From: Marsupella aquatica
Lineage: Eukaryota > Plantae > Marchantiophyta
DNA length: 64,000 nucleotides
Assembly (NCBI GenBank): GCA_973895155.1
Contig: OZ316891.1
Coordinates: 20,224,169 to 20,288,168, forward strand
Direction of reading: 5' to 3'
Part shown: positions 37,795-50,634 of the stretch, piece by piece
How positions within the stretch are numbered: position 1 is the first letter of the stretch
How the letters are laid out: every line of letters begins with the position of its first letter
Position numbers and translations under genes: made by a program
Notes under the pieces: model-generated
Database searches by the model: none
What the model was told of the DNA's origin: nothing
What the model saw: only the letters and a program-made list of their open reading frames with translations

Positions 37795-38200
37795 CAAACA
37801 AAGTACGACGTTGGTACTTGCTGTCAAATACTGAGTTGTCCTACATGTGTAAGATATGTCTTTTAGAAACTTTACATACTTGAATCCAAATGTAACAACC
37901 AACAAAGCACATCTAGTACAAAAGTGTCAAACAAAGTGTAATGAGGAACAAACAATACTGAGTTGTCCTACATGTGTAAGATATGTCTTTTAGAACTTTG
38001 CATACTTGAATCCAATTGTAACAAGTGTCAAAGCGCATTTACAAAAAGTGTCAAACAAAGTGTAATGAGGAACAAGCAATCCTGAGTTGTCCATGTGTAA
38101 GATATGTCTTTTAGAAACTTTACATACTTGGAATCCACTTGTAACAAGCGTCAAAGGGCATTTACAAAAAGTGTCAAACAAATACTGAGGAACAAGCAAA
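37795..38200 (+). repeat. ~125-bp tandem repeat x3
   Basis: ctgagttgtcc…atgtgtaagatatgtcttttag recurs at about 37830, 37957 and 38081. Confidence 0.85.
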
Positions 38201-39251
38201 CGAGGTCCAAGCAGACAAACACCAAACCCAAAAGAAGTGTGCACAGATTGTAAAGATCGTCCATTCCGAGTTTAAACCTTGGTTCAAGTTTATTTCTTCT
38301 CAATAGCGCAGTGGAAACTGTCGTATTTTGATATAGTATTCTATTTCATTGTATTTAAAAACAAATAAATGGCAAGTTCATAAATCTATAGGCTGTTACT
38401 CCAAAGGTTTGCTAATTTTTTCTAAGATTGGCATAAACAAGTACATATTCAGATTTTTCTCTTGGACCTCAGAAACAAGGAACTGCAGGATGCACAAGAA
38501 AGCTGCACATAATGTAGGATGTTGATAAAGAACTTTATGGAGATTAGCATTTTCTTATTACTCACACCACGTCTCAATGTATTGTGCTAGAGCTAAGTTT
38601 ACATCAGATTAATCTAAAAATTATCCTACTATGAGCTCTTTGTGCTTCAAGGTATCCCCAAGATTTTTACTAGAATCAGCACCAATCCTAAAGCTGTAAA
38701 ACTTCTGCAATCTTCTCCTCTTAGAACATGGGGACAGAAATGGAAATAAATATGAAGCTCAACTGGCTTAACAAGTACTGTAGCTGTCATTGATCATTAC
38801 CATCCTTAATCTTGGTCACTGCCCTTTCAAAAGACTACCATGATTTGTGAGGAAAAATCTCAAGCTACACGTTGTGCAGTAGCTTGTTGCTACTGCTAGA
38901 CCTCTGCAAAATCTCTTAAAAAGTTCAAAATTGTCCAATTGTGCTAATTGAAACCATACCTCAGCCATGATTTTTCAGTTTTCATTTTTCACTGTCCATA
39001 AAATATTTCTTCATGGCAACCAACCTTGTTTCCATAATCTCTATTGAACATCATGAAGCTAATTTGAATCTCCATTTACACTAGAATTTGGACTCACAAT
39101 ATTGTAAACCACAGGTCTAGTGTTTCTAATAGGCTTTGGATTGCTCTAATATTGGTCGTGTGTATGTAAGTAGGGCCAAAGCAGGAGAAATATATAGCCA
39201 TGTCTCAGTCCCTTGAGCCACCTTTTGCTGTAGTTGTTTATGCAAGCACAT

Positions 39252-42200
39252 CTAAAACAAAGGCGGATGTTGAAATGATAGTATGGTTTTCATAAAGTTG
39301 TTGTAGGTGAGTCCAACTGTTTGACTTGTAGCTTCCAATAACTTTGCAAATAACATCTTACCCTGTATTCATCAATGTGTGCATTCCATTGAAGATCAAT
39401 GCCAATGACTTAAATTAGTAAGTTAAAAAGAACTAAACACTATATATACTCTAATAATTTCTAAGTAGGATGAAAATAACAAACCAATTTTTATAGGGAA
39501 CACAATAAAAAATGCTAGATATGTATATTTAGCTATGGAACACCAAACTAAGCATGCAAGACAAATATGTGTTCAAATAATTAAAATTATGGTGTTTTTC
39601 CATTTTATAAAATGCTCAAAATAAAAGACCGCAGTTTTTGCATAGTTAGGGGTCTAATATTCACAGTTTCAATCATGTTTAAGTGGCTTTATGAAACAGG
39701 TTCTTTCATGCGTGATCAACTGAGGTGTTTACATTTTAATATTCTTGTAAGAGCATTACAAACCTCTTATAAAGCTTTAAGTAATATGAAAGGAAAAGAG
39801 AGGGGACAACTTAGTCTAAAGTCTTGATGACCTCTAAAGCAAACTCACAACTGACTCCCTCAAAGACTATTCAAGATAAATTGGATTGAATGGTCATGAC
39901 TACAGAAACCACTTGTTCTGTTAGATGCAATATAAATCCCATTATTCTTGCAACATTCCAAAATGACAAGAAATAACTGAAGATAAGAGTTGAGAGAAGG
40001 AGTCATACCACTTCGGAATCAGGATCCAATCGTGCAAGCAAGATGAGCCGACGTAATTGTACTCTATTTACCATTGTTCTACGGTAATATCCTGGTGATA
40101 ATTTCTCAAAAGCCAAGCGCAATCCTTGCATTTGCGGAGGTGTCAAGCTTCCTCTATGTTCCACAATCTAAAACAGAATGTTGTAAAGTATCAATAAACA
40201 TGGTTTAGAACTAGAAGTGGGGTTTTATAGAATAGCTGACACAAACTACAGTACAATTTTGGTCTAATAGATCATCATACAAATTGACCCCTTGCTAATA
40301 TTGTGTTTCTTATGTATTTGTAAATACTGAAAAATGTCCTAGTAGTTTTCTACAGCTGTAGGATTAGAAACTAATATGGGGACTAATATCAAAGTACCCA
40401 AAACTTTTCTAACAGAACCTGATTTATCTTGTGTGTGATCTTCTAGGTAACACTCTTGGACACTCTCAATAACACAATAAATACATGAGAACTTGGGGTG
40501 AGCATGGACTTGACAAGCAATACTAGAATGTGTAACAAACTGCTGAGAAATCCAAAGGCCAAATCTCTAACCATGTTTTTGATGAAATCAATCATGCAGA
40601 CTTAATTTCTTATACCATGTTGCAATCTGGAAGCTGGTCAGAAGGATAACTGCCTGATGCACAGTCTGGTCTATTATTTTGTAAAGAAGGCTTACAAGCT
40701 AGCCATAATTTACAAAAACTATGTTTTGAAGGCAACAATTCAAATGCATGTATGGAAGGAATTAGAACTGGTGTACATTTTTGGGATCAGGAGGCTCTGT
40801 TAGTGCCTCCCTTTTCAGGTCAATCCTATGTTGTCGCCTAACACAAACATGAGGATAATATGATAATTCAGGATTCCTTAAAGTTTGGAATGGTAGCTGC
40901 GCGCAGAAGAGACAACACAAAAACATTATGTCGTGCCTCGAAAAGATTGAGTCATACTTTGCAAACCCATATTTCAACATCAAATAATATTTAAATAATT
41001 AAGTGAAAAAGTAACATTGTGTAAATGCCTAACGTGAGCTTCAGTGACGCTCTATTATTTGGGCCAGTACATATCTGCACTGGTCACCGTCACACACTAG
41101 TTTTGTGACCTATAGTTTACTTAGTCTGTGCACACACTAACAATTGGTGCTGGATCGATGGAACAATTCCTTGTTCCACTTTTGGATTTTACCCCTTTAC
41201 TTCCAAACAAGTACCCCTAATCAGTACCTACAACTACTTCCATAAATTGAAGAAAATGTCCCTTGTTTCTGTACCTCATGGTCCCTTTAAAGTGAGGCAT
41301 TTGGAATTGTGACTAAAAGTGCACAAAAGCATTTTGGAAAGTAAAAAGGTTTCTTATTTGTCTTCTTCAGGGTTGCTTTTACTTCTCAAGCAAATTTGTC
41401 AGTGGGAATGTCGCAACCGATGACTATAATGTACTACAAGACTACTAGCTCACCTTGAGTTCTTCTCGTGGTAGAGGGTGAGGAAGGAGACTCTTCACTT
41501 CACACCAATCAGGTATGGTCTCAATAAGAGCGTCATACTCTTCTTCACTAATATTGGTGGCGTTGCCACAAACTGGATCATCGCCTACCCACTCACCCTC
41601 ATATTTGCGGCATTTGTTAGGCCAAAAGTATACTCCCCATCCATCACGATTGTCCTTAGCATATGCCCCCTTGAATATTCCACCGTCACCATAATACTGG
41701 AGAAGGTAATTTATTTGTCAAGTGAAGGTTTTAAATGTAGTAATTATCAGTGTATGGAAAACTTACAAGTATATAGTTGAAGAGAGGGTTGAAGAGATAC
41801 TTATTTATTGGTCATCATAGGAGTTAGAAAGCCAGATGTACACACTAAAGTTAAATAATGCCAATGAACTAAATTGCCAATGTTTATAATGATTCAATTT
41901 AAGAAGCAAAGTAAGGAATATTACACAGGACCCAAGACCATGTTTTCTACCCTTCTCCCACTGCCCGTTGAAGACAGATCCATCAACGTAACGCATAGTT
42001 CCAAGCCCGTGACGCTCGCCCCCTTTGAAATGACCTCGATACTCCTGCATGTCCACACAGGACCTTAGTTAAACAGATTGTATTCTAGGTAAGTATACCA
42101 GCAGAATCAAAATTTGTGAAATAATATGCTGTTCAGTTCTTAGATAAACAGACCTGCCCATTTGTATATAACATGCGTCCAAAGCCATGCTTTGAGCCAT

Positions 42201-43278
42201 ACTCCCAAGCACCTTCATAAAGCATGTGAGTTTCCCCCGTGGGACCTCCACAAGGGGGGCATCTTTGTGGAATCCAATGTTGACCATGACCATGTGGTAG
42301 GCCTCCTAAAACATCTCCAACATACTTTCCAGCCTCGGAGCCAAATAGGAACATATATCCCTTTTCATCATGAAATTCAGTTGCAACAGCTCTAGATTGT
42401 GGTCTCTTAAACCGCCGAGCACCAGCAACCTTATGTTGAACAAGAGCTTGTTGAACTAAATTCAAAGATGGGGGTTGCACGTCTGCATGGCTGGATGATG
42501 GAGGACGCTGTGTTGACAACTTTCGCCTCCTGGTTATCTTTTTTCCAACTTCTATGTCATCATCAACCTTTGGCATTCCTGAGTATTCTGTTGCCTTATC
42601 ATTGGCAGATTCTTGAAAGCTTCTGGTGGAACAAGTTCTAGAACTTCTTGAACTACCATGGAGCTTATATTTTGCTGAAATAGATGGAGATGCAGGTGTT
42701 GAACCTTGTGATGTGGGTGTGCGGGAAGGAAGAATAGAATCTGAGTTATCAACTAGTGCATCTCTTGAGTTTGTTACAACCTCAAATACATCATTGAGTG
42801 AAGGAGGAGACATTGGTATGGGTGAGGTCAATGTGGACCCATCGTCTTGGAAGCCATTTAATCCAAGACTTGTAGGAGACCCTCCTTCTTCACTAGAACC
42901 TCTCATATTGGATTGTGCACCTTCTTGTGGAATCAATAAGTTTTGGGTTGTCCCATATGATTTTGTAGTTCTCATTTCTTCACTACTCAAGGCAAATCTA
43001 CTTGTCACATGGGATGCAGAATTGGATTGAGTCAAAGTTTGGTTTGAGGTTGTCAATGATGAATTTTGGGTTGTCCCATATGATTTTGTAGTTCCCGTTT
43101 CTTCACTACTTAAGGCAAATCTACTTGTCACATGGGATGCAGAATTGGACTGAGTCAAAGTTTGGTTTGAGGTTGTCAATGATGAAACTTCTTCCCTAAA
43201 CTCATCAACAGTAAGAGTCACATTTGATAAATCTCCACCAGACATATTGCTTTCATGGGATGATTTTGGGGTCTCCAT
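39252..43278 (-). CDS. MORN-repeat protein (~625 aa, 6 exons) with a Ser-rich N-terminus and an EF-hand-like C-terminus
   Basis: Exons 43278-42154, 42044-41925, 41696-41454, 40896-40777, 40167-40009 and 39362-39252 splice in phase 0 at GT-AG. MORN units YEGAWEYGSKHGFG, YRGHFKGGERHGLG, FNGQWEKGRKHGLG, FKGAYAKDNRDGWG. Confidence 0.8.
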
Positions 43279-45251
43279 AACTCAGATTCAAGATATAGCT
43301 AAATTTTTGGTTGACCAAAATCTCATTCTCTTAGTGCAAAAAGATGTGATCTCGCCATGATATGTAAGCCATTGCATTGCTTGTGAGCTCAAATCCTTGA
43401 GGTCCAATGCCCATAAAGTAGAATGATATGGCAAAGGTGCATGCACAACTAATCAGTTAGTTGCTCTAATCAAAATAATATTCAACTAGTATTTACGCAT
43501 TTGTAAGTCTCATGTTTCATTTTCAACATGCTTTGCTCTGTACACTGATACAAAATAGATGATTGCAATCAATCAAAACATGATTTGCAATTGCTCAAAG
43601 GATGTAGATTAAAAGGCCATTCAAGTTAAAGATTCCATAACGGCTCTAAGTTTCATTCTCAATTGGGGCTTCAGCAGAATGTCTGCTTTTGAAGCCTCAA
43701 ATTCTCCTCATTAGACAGTTTTGGACACCTAGCCTGCATCAAAAAACCCATGCTTCAAGTAACACAATATTGATAGAAAAATTCTCTTTGAGCAATTACT
43801 ACAGGTTTAATGAGTTACATGCCACGGGCGCTTGTAATAGTTGTACGAGTTTATATGAGAAACTACAAAAATAAAAACTGTGGGGTTCCCGACTATAAGC
43901 CAGTTGCAAGGCCTTGCTCAGGGCCCATTTCCAATTAGAAAATAATTTCTAAATTACGCCATTCAAGGACACTGTCATTCCTTGAAATCTTGACACTTTG
44001 AAATGGGATACACAGTGATGGGTCTTGCACCTGTTATCTTTCAAAGCATATTTACGATTGTATTTAAAAAATTCATATAACAAGGGGTTTCAATTAGAAA
44101 GTAAGAAAAACCTGTAAAGACTGTGTCAACAAGTTCACCAACTCAGGAAACTTCCTGATCAAAAATTTCGAATTTCTAAGAAAGTTGTTGTCAATACATT
44201 TTTTAAATTGAATTCTAACATCTTCATTATGTTAGGAACGGATCCATACGTATGCTGGAAAGCTAGCTTGCCCTACGTTAAGCAACCTCTATGAGAGATA
44301 TTTACAAAAAAGTGTTGTAGAATACATGCAGACCCAAAAGTGTTGTAGAATACATGCAGACCCTCTTATGTTTAACTTCAACACTTTGTCATCAATTAAA
44401 CCCTAAAGTTGGATTAGTGTGATGGACCTTTATGTTTCCCGTCTTTTTGTGCCATGCCCACATTCCAATGAATTCTGAAATACTCTAAGTAGACAGATAT
44501 TCAGGTCATGTTATGCAGGTTAATTGACCCTGTGCATTGGGCATGCATGTAAAGCAATTAAGATTTCAGAGCATGGTCACACTTGTAATTCCAATCCAGG
44601 CATTACCGCCAACCCATTGACTACAATCTATGTTCGTACATTCTCCATTTAATGATTCTACTTGATTGATTCAACACATTTTAGTTTTCTGGTAGGTATA
44701 TTGCAAGGCACCAATCTGGCATAAAATCTGTACAATCTGGCATTGGGTAGGATGTACCTTTTTGATGTTCTAATAAAAATATAGGCATTCTTATCTTTAG
44801 ACCTAAATTCATGAAAATGCACATAAGTTTAGGGTCTTTACACTACTTTTGTAAGAGGAATAGAGGTAACAGATGTAAGATGTGAACCTTTAATTGGATA
44901 ATTGAACAAATCAGATCCACATTTAGTAATCTATAAATCACTGAAACACTTGATAGAGACCAAGAAAGGAATATAGTTGAGAAAGATCTAGATTTAGACG
45001 AGCCAAAATCTCTCAATGAGGGACCCACCAAATTACCACAAGCCAAGCCATCTTAGCATGCTTGAATTTTCTTGAGGATATAAAAATACAGAAATCAAAT
45101 GTCTACAGAGAGAGAAATTGAAGCTTGCATATACTACAATGTTGGACAAGATGCTCATATATATTGCAAATACCCACCTGGACCATCTTGAAACATTTGT
45201 TTACCCACATAACACTTTTTTCATCTATGAATGTTCACATTTTTTGGTGTC

Positions 45252-45595
45252 AAAATGCTTGTCCATAACCAATTGGCATTGGTCAGTTGGCCAGGGGATG
45301 AGCCTAGGACCAAGAGGTCCAAGGTTAACTACCCCCTCCACATGCAAGGTTTGTGGAGGGTGAGTGTGTGTGTGGGTGGGGTGTAATGATGGGAGTCTTG
45401 GTTTCTCTTCAATCCCTGGCTAGTCCACTTTGGGGCTCTGGTTCAACCCTCTCTCCCTCCTGGTATTGGGTATGACCCCCCTTGTGGGCTACCTTACAGA
45501 GGTGCATGTTCCAGAGTTGATTGTCTATCCTCTGTTGGATGGGTGGCATCAGCTTTTAGGTATTCAAGGCAAAAAAAATAAAAATGCTTGTCCAT
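45252..45595 (+). mobile_element. tRNA-derived SINE with 15-bp target-site duplication
   Basis: TSD AAAATGCTTGTCCAT at 45252-45266 and 45581-45595; A-box-like TGGTCAGTTGG and B-box-like GGTTAACTACC near the head; A-rich tail. Confidence 0.8.
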
Positions 45596-46406
45596 TGAAG
45601 TCCTGAAGGCAAACCTGGCGGTATCTAGCCCTTGGTACTTAGCCTGCCATAACAGAGGCTTGCCCCATTAAAGGGTCCTCAGCAAATCACATTATTGCAC
45701 TGGTACTGTAGATCTTTACGTAATTTTACTCTGTTTTGGGGTTGCATTTGTCCTTTTTTTTTAGTTGAGTGTTTGTCCTCTCCAGACCTCTTTTGCTTTA
45801 ACTATATTGGATTTTGTTTGACCCTTGCTAGAAAATTGGTCCTTTCTCCTCATCTATTTTGACAAAGAAGAGTGATGGTGAAGTAATATTTTTTGCTGTA
45901 CACTATTGTACTTTGTTTGGCCCTGTTTAGTAAATGGTCCTTTTTTCTCATGTGTTTTGACAAAGAAGAGTGAGCTGGTTGCTTTTACTCCATTGTATTT
46001 TGTTTGGCCCTTTTAGTATAATAGTAATTTTCAACCATGTATTTTTACAAAGATGAGTGCCCCTGGTTTGTAAATCGGTCCACTTGCGAGAGTGGCAATG
46101 TAGCAAATGTCAGATTCATGTTTTCTAATTCTTATAGTAATCTTCACCTCTTGTGTTTTTTTTTCATGCATTCATGTCGCAGTAGATTGATCAGGTTCGT
46201 TCTTGAAGAGGGCGATCTGCCGTTCTTAGATTGCAACTCAATCACTTGATCTGTTGGAGTGGGGATCTCACATTGCTCGTAAGTATTGCAATTCTGTCAA
46301 TTGATGTGCTGGAGTGGGCGATCTTAGATCACTCTTACCGCCCTGCTTGCAAAGAGACATTGCAATTCTGTGGGTTCATCGATCTGCTGCGCCTGCTGGA
46401 AAAGAT

Positions 46407-49119
46407 ATGGCGAGCACCGTAGCGAAGCAGCAGTTGCAGGGAAGCGTAGCGGCAGCAGGAGCTCGAGCAGCGCAGCTGGTGCGATGCAGCTGCAACGATT
46501 ATGGGGTTGGTAGAAACTCTCCCTCCCTGCGGTCGTTCTGGACCTCAGGACGACGATGCAGCAGCAGCAGCAGCAGCAGCTCCTCCGCTGCTCAAACCCC
46601 CTCTGCGGCAGAGGGGGCAAGCACTGCTGCTGCTGAGGGTGGAGTGAAAGTGGCGACGCCGGAGGCTGCTGTCCCGCCTCCTTCGGCGAGAACCATCCGA
46701 AGCGGGGTACGGCACGGTCGAGAATATTCTTTCATCAGTCTTTCGTCAGTCCTGAATTGACGAACCGTTTGGGTGCTGTTTGTGTTTCCTTGTAGTCGGC
46801 AGACAGGGAGACAGGGTTTAGGGTTTTCTGAAGGAATTAAGGATCGGACAGTAGAGTCTTTGATTTCCTGCTTCTGGTTTTGGAAGTTGCAATTGGATCA
46901 ACAATCTGACTTCGATCCTGTTTTCGGCTTTTGGCGGAGCAGCCTGTATCATGGGTAAGCTTGGGATTGCTGGTGACCACTGGGATTGGTCTGCTTACAT
47001 ACTATGACCGGGAGAAAAGGCAACGCATTGAAGGTAGCTTGCCCGCCGCATGCCTGCTGGTAAGGAAATTTTGTGTATAGGAGCGCATCGCACCAATTTT
47101 TTACTTCTTAGTATTGACTAGGATTCAAACTAAGCTTTCGAGGTTTAGGGATTGCTTTCACCTATAAATCACCTGGGAGATCAGTTCCCGAGACGTGTTG
47201 AATTCGTAACCTTTCGCCTAGTGCATCCTTGAGAGGTTTCTGCGAGAGGTCGGCAATTTGTTAATAGCCTCAGATTCTATTGCTAAAAAGTAATTAGGAG
47301 GAAGTGCCAATTAGAAGTCCTCGCACTAGTCTCGGCCAACAGTCTGAGGATGGAGACTCCGTATTTTGCAGATAAGAGAAAGTTTTGCTTTCTAGTTTTA
47401 TGGTGTCACGTGGACAACTTCCCCTTCTGTTTTTGTTGGAGCCGCATACTGTGTGGAGAAGATGTACATCAATTCGGGTCTGAGGTGATAGTTACAATTA
47501 AGATTGCATCTCCTCGTTGCGGGCTTTATTTGTTAGTCAGTCTTGATGAAAGTTTTGGCTATCAAATTATGCAGCTTTAAAACAAAGAACCGCAGCTCCG
47601 ACGACCGGTCCAAGTGTTGGAAAGGCAGCTATTGGGGGTCCATTTAAGTTGCTGAACCATCAAGGGAAGGTTGTAACTGAGCGTGATTTCATGGGCCATT
47701 GGACTGTTGTCTATTTTGGGTTCACATTCTGCCCTGATATTTGTCCTGAAGAGCTCACAAAACTGGCAAAGGCTGTAGACAATGTTGGTGAGTCACACTT
47801 CTATAGTATTTTTTCGTTCATATTTTGTTACTGAGATTGGTTAGAACTTGCATGAGAAGTCTCGTTACTTAAACCATAGACCCCATGGTAGCTGCTTGGC
47901 TTTCACAGGTACACTTGTTTCTCTTCAGATGACAGCTGTATCACTTTCTCTCAGGCGACGATAAATTGGCTAAAGCTGAAATTTTGCCGTTTCTGTTTGG
48001 ACTGCTAATCGCGTCCTCCCTGGAAGAGACTAGGAACAGTACCTGACTTCGTTGGTTTTGTGCAGAGAAACAGATAGGAGTGAAAATAGTCCCTGTCTTC
48101 ATTTCTGTAGATCCGGAGCGTGATACAGTAGATCAAGTTCGTGAGTATTTGAAAGGTGAGCGGTTCAGTTTGGGTACCTTGTACTGTTTTTCGTGTCACA
48201 TTCGAATCATTCCTCAATTGTAAGTTTGAATCATGCGGTCTCCCTGCAACAGTATTCAATGACGCTCGTGACGATTTTGTATGTTTGTCAAATGACAAAT
48301 CGATAGCAAGGGCACTGTACACAGATTGTCAACTCATTACCGTTCGTTTTCGTTTTTTTTTGCTTTCATGAGAAATTCTGGATGGTTTTGCTCAGAATGT
48401 CCTTGGAGGGATAGTTGTACCATTTGTCCCAAGGATGGATCCCAGATCATTGTCAATTTTTCCTAGTGATGAATTTGGATACATGTCCTCCAGGTCCATC
48501 CGTTTGTAACAGGACGTTGCTTGTCTTGCAGATTATCATCCCAGACTGGTAGGTCTTACAGGGAGTGTCAATGAGATACGACAGGTAGCTCGCCAATACC
48601 GTGTGTACTACATGAAGACAGATGAGGACGGGGCTAACTATCTTGTTGATCATTCAATCATCATGTACTATTCTTTACTCCCTTCAGCTTCCAATTTTTA
48701 TCCCAGAAGTTTGTAGAGCTCATTAATAACGTTGCTGGTTTAAGTCTCTGTTGGAAAGTTTTAGAAACAGTGGATTAAGCTTTTCCATCTTTGGGGATCC
48801 TTGTTTTCTTTGTTGTGACGTTTGGGGGTATTTGGAAACTGAAGAAGATAGTGCCGATTACAGAAATATAGGGGATGGCCAGACTGGAGTAGGTCTGCTA
48901 CGAAGCAGACAAACTTATGGAAAAAGCTCCTATGCATTGAGAAATGGGCCGGTATTTGTCCACTCCTGGTCCAGCATAGACTCACCAATGAATGTTGCCT
49001 CCTGCAGGTATTTGATGGATCCTAATATGGAATTTGTTAAGTTCTATGGAAAGAATTATGACGCTGATACTTTGACGACTGGTATCGTCGAGGAAATCCA
49101 GAAGGTATCCAGACAATGA
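46407..49119 (+). CDS. HCC1: Mitochondrial SCO1 copper chaperone (312 aa, 6 exons)
   Basis: Exons 46407-46706, 46943-47033, 47575-47787, 48066-48155, 48532-48664, 49008-49119. Motifs [42 protein letters not shown]. Confidence 0.95.
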
Positions 49120-50634
49120 ATTTCTATTGCACTTAGGAGTAACATCATCTATTTAGCGTTCGACACCATACCGTAGCGAATCTACGAAGGGAAGGTCGAA
49201 GAGCGTTTGTAGTACATTGAGGAACTTAGTACAGGACTGTACACAGGCAGAGTAAATTTTGATCGCTGTAACTGTCACCGACTTTCATATCTGTATCTCA
49301 ATTTATTTCTTGAAGTGCGAGCATAAAATTTAAAGAGTAATTCTTGGTCAGTGCAATTCTCACTCTTGCCCGACACCTGAGGACCATGAACCCTGTGTGA
49401 AATTCAAGGCAGAGCGTCTGACGGATCCTCATCTAGTATTGCAGCAATTGAAAGACCCAAGCTCTTGCGACATTGTGACTTGTTGGAAATGGAAGTCAGC
49501 CAGTAGGCCACGTTTCTGTCTATGTTGAAATTCGATATTTCGTTTATGCGTTCAATTCAAGGAAAATGATGAAGTTCATATGGGCCCCCCCCCCTCCCCA
49601 CTCCGGCTTTACTGCCCGGACTATGTGACGCCATACTGTGACGTGAGTCCCACAGCAGACATGGGGGTTGCGGTTGGTACTCGGCATGTGTCCCGGTTGT
49701 TTGTTGGCCTGTCCCCCTCCTCCTTTCGCGGCAAAGAATTCCACTCGATACAAACAACGAACACACAATCAGGCACAAGACGACGGAGACTTTCATTGAG
49801 GCACAGGACGGGTCAAACAGGACGAGGATGAGAATTTTATTCTAGGAGGAAGGAAGCAGGGAGGGATTCCAGGGCACACTTGGCGTGTCTTGTTTGTTCC
49901 TCAGAAGAATTGTTTTTCTTGGTTTTGCCGTGCCTTGTCCGGCACCGCGTCGCAAGTGCTCTGTGGCCGCTGTTATGTTGGGTCGCTTGTCAATTGACAG
50001 ATTGGCAGTTAGATGAACACAACAGGGCAGTCTCTTTTCTGTGATCGATTGTCGTGCTCGGTGCTGCTCGCTCGTAATTGACAGATTCTTATTATTAGTC
50101 GGATGAGCACACAAGCTCTCTTTCTGTGATCGATTGGGCTCATGTTCTTCCTCCTCGCTCTACAAAGGAAAGAAGCAGGCAGGTAAGCCGGCTGGCAGGG
50201 ATTGAGCTGCTCATGCAATTGACAGTCTGGTACGGCCTGTTTTTAAGAGGGGTCGTCGTACTTACTGCCTTGACTGCCCCCTTCGTTCGATTGTAAGTTA
50301 CTTTATAAGATCGGTGCATGTTACGGTAGCTTGTGCGTTTCCTAGGTATTGGCCTTCTCTCCTCTTCGACGTCACCGCCTTCGGTTTCGTCATTCCTTAG
50401 TACTCGTCTCGTTTCTCCTCTGTACGACGGAAGGGCTTGTTTGAGATAAGTTGCCAACAGGCGGTGGGTGCGAGCGTCAGAAGGAGAGCAGGCTCGTCGG
50501 GGATTGGGTCTGTCGATTGTGTGATTTCACTTCCGTCCGTGCTTAATTTAGTTTCAAGTTCAGACTGAAATTTCTTGTGGAGAGACGGGGAGAGAGAAAT
50601 TTCTTGTGGAGAGAAAGAGAAAGAGATTATCGGG

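Noticed and set aside
46813-46828. Interstitial telomere
   Set aside because: Only two TTTAGGG-like units in an intron; a telo-box at most.
50575-50634. N-terminal extension of the thiolase from a non-ATG start
   Set aside because: ATG 50635 directly precedes the PTS2; upstream is GA-rich UTR-like sequence.
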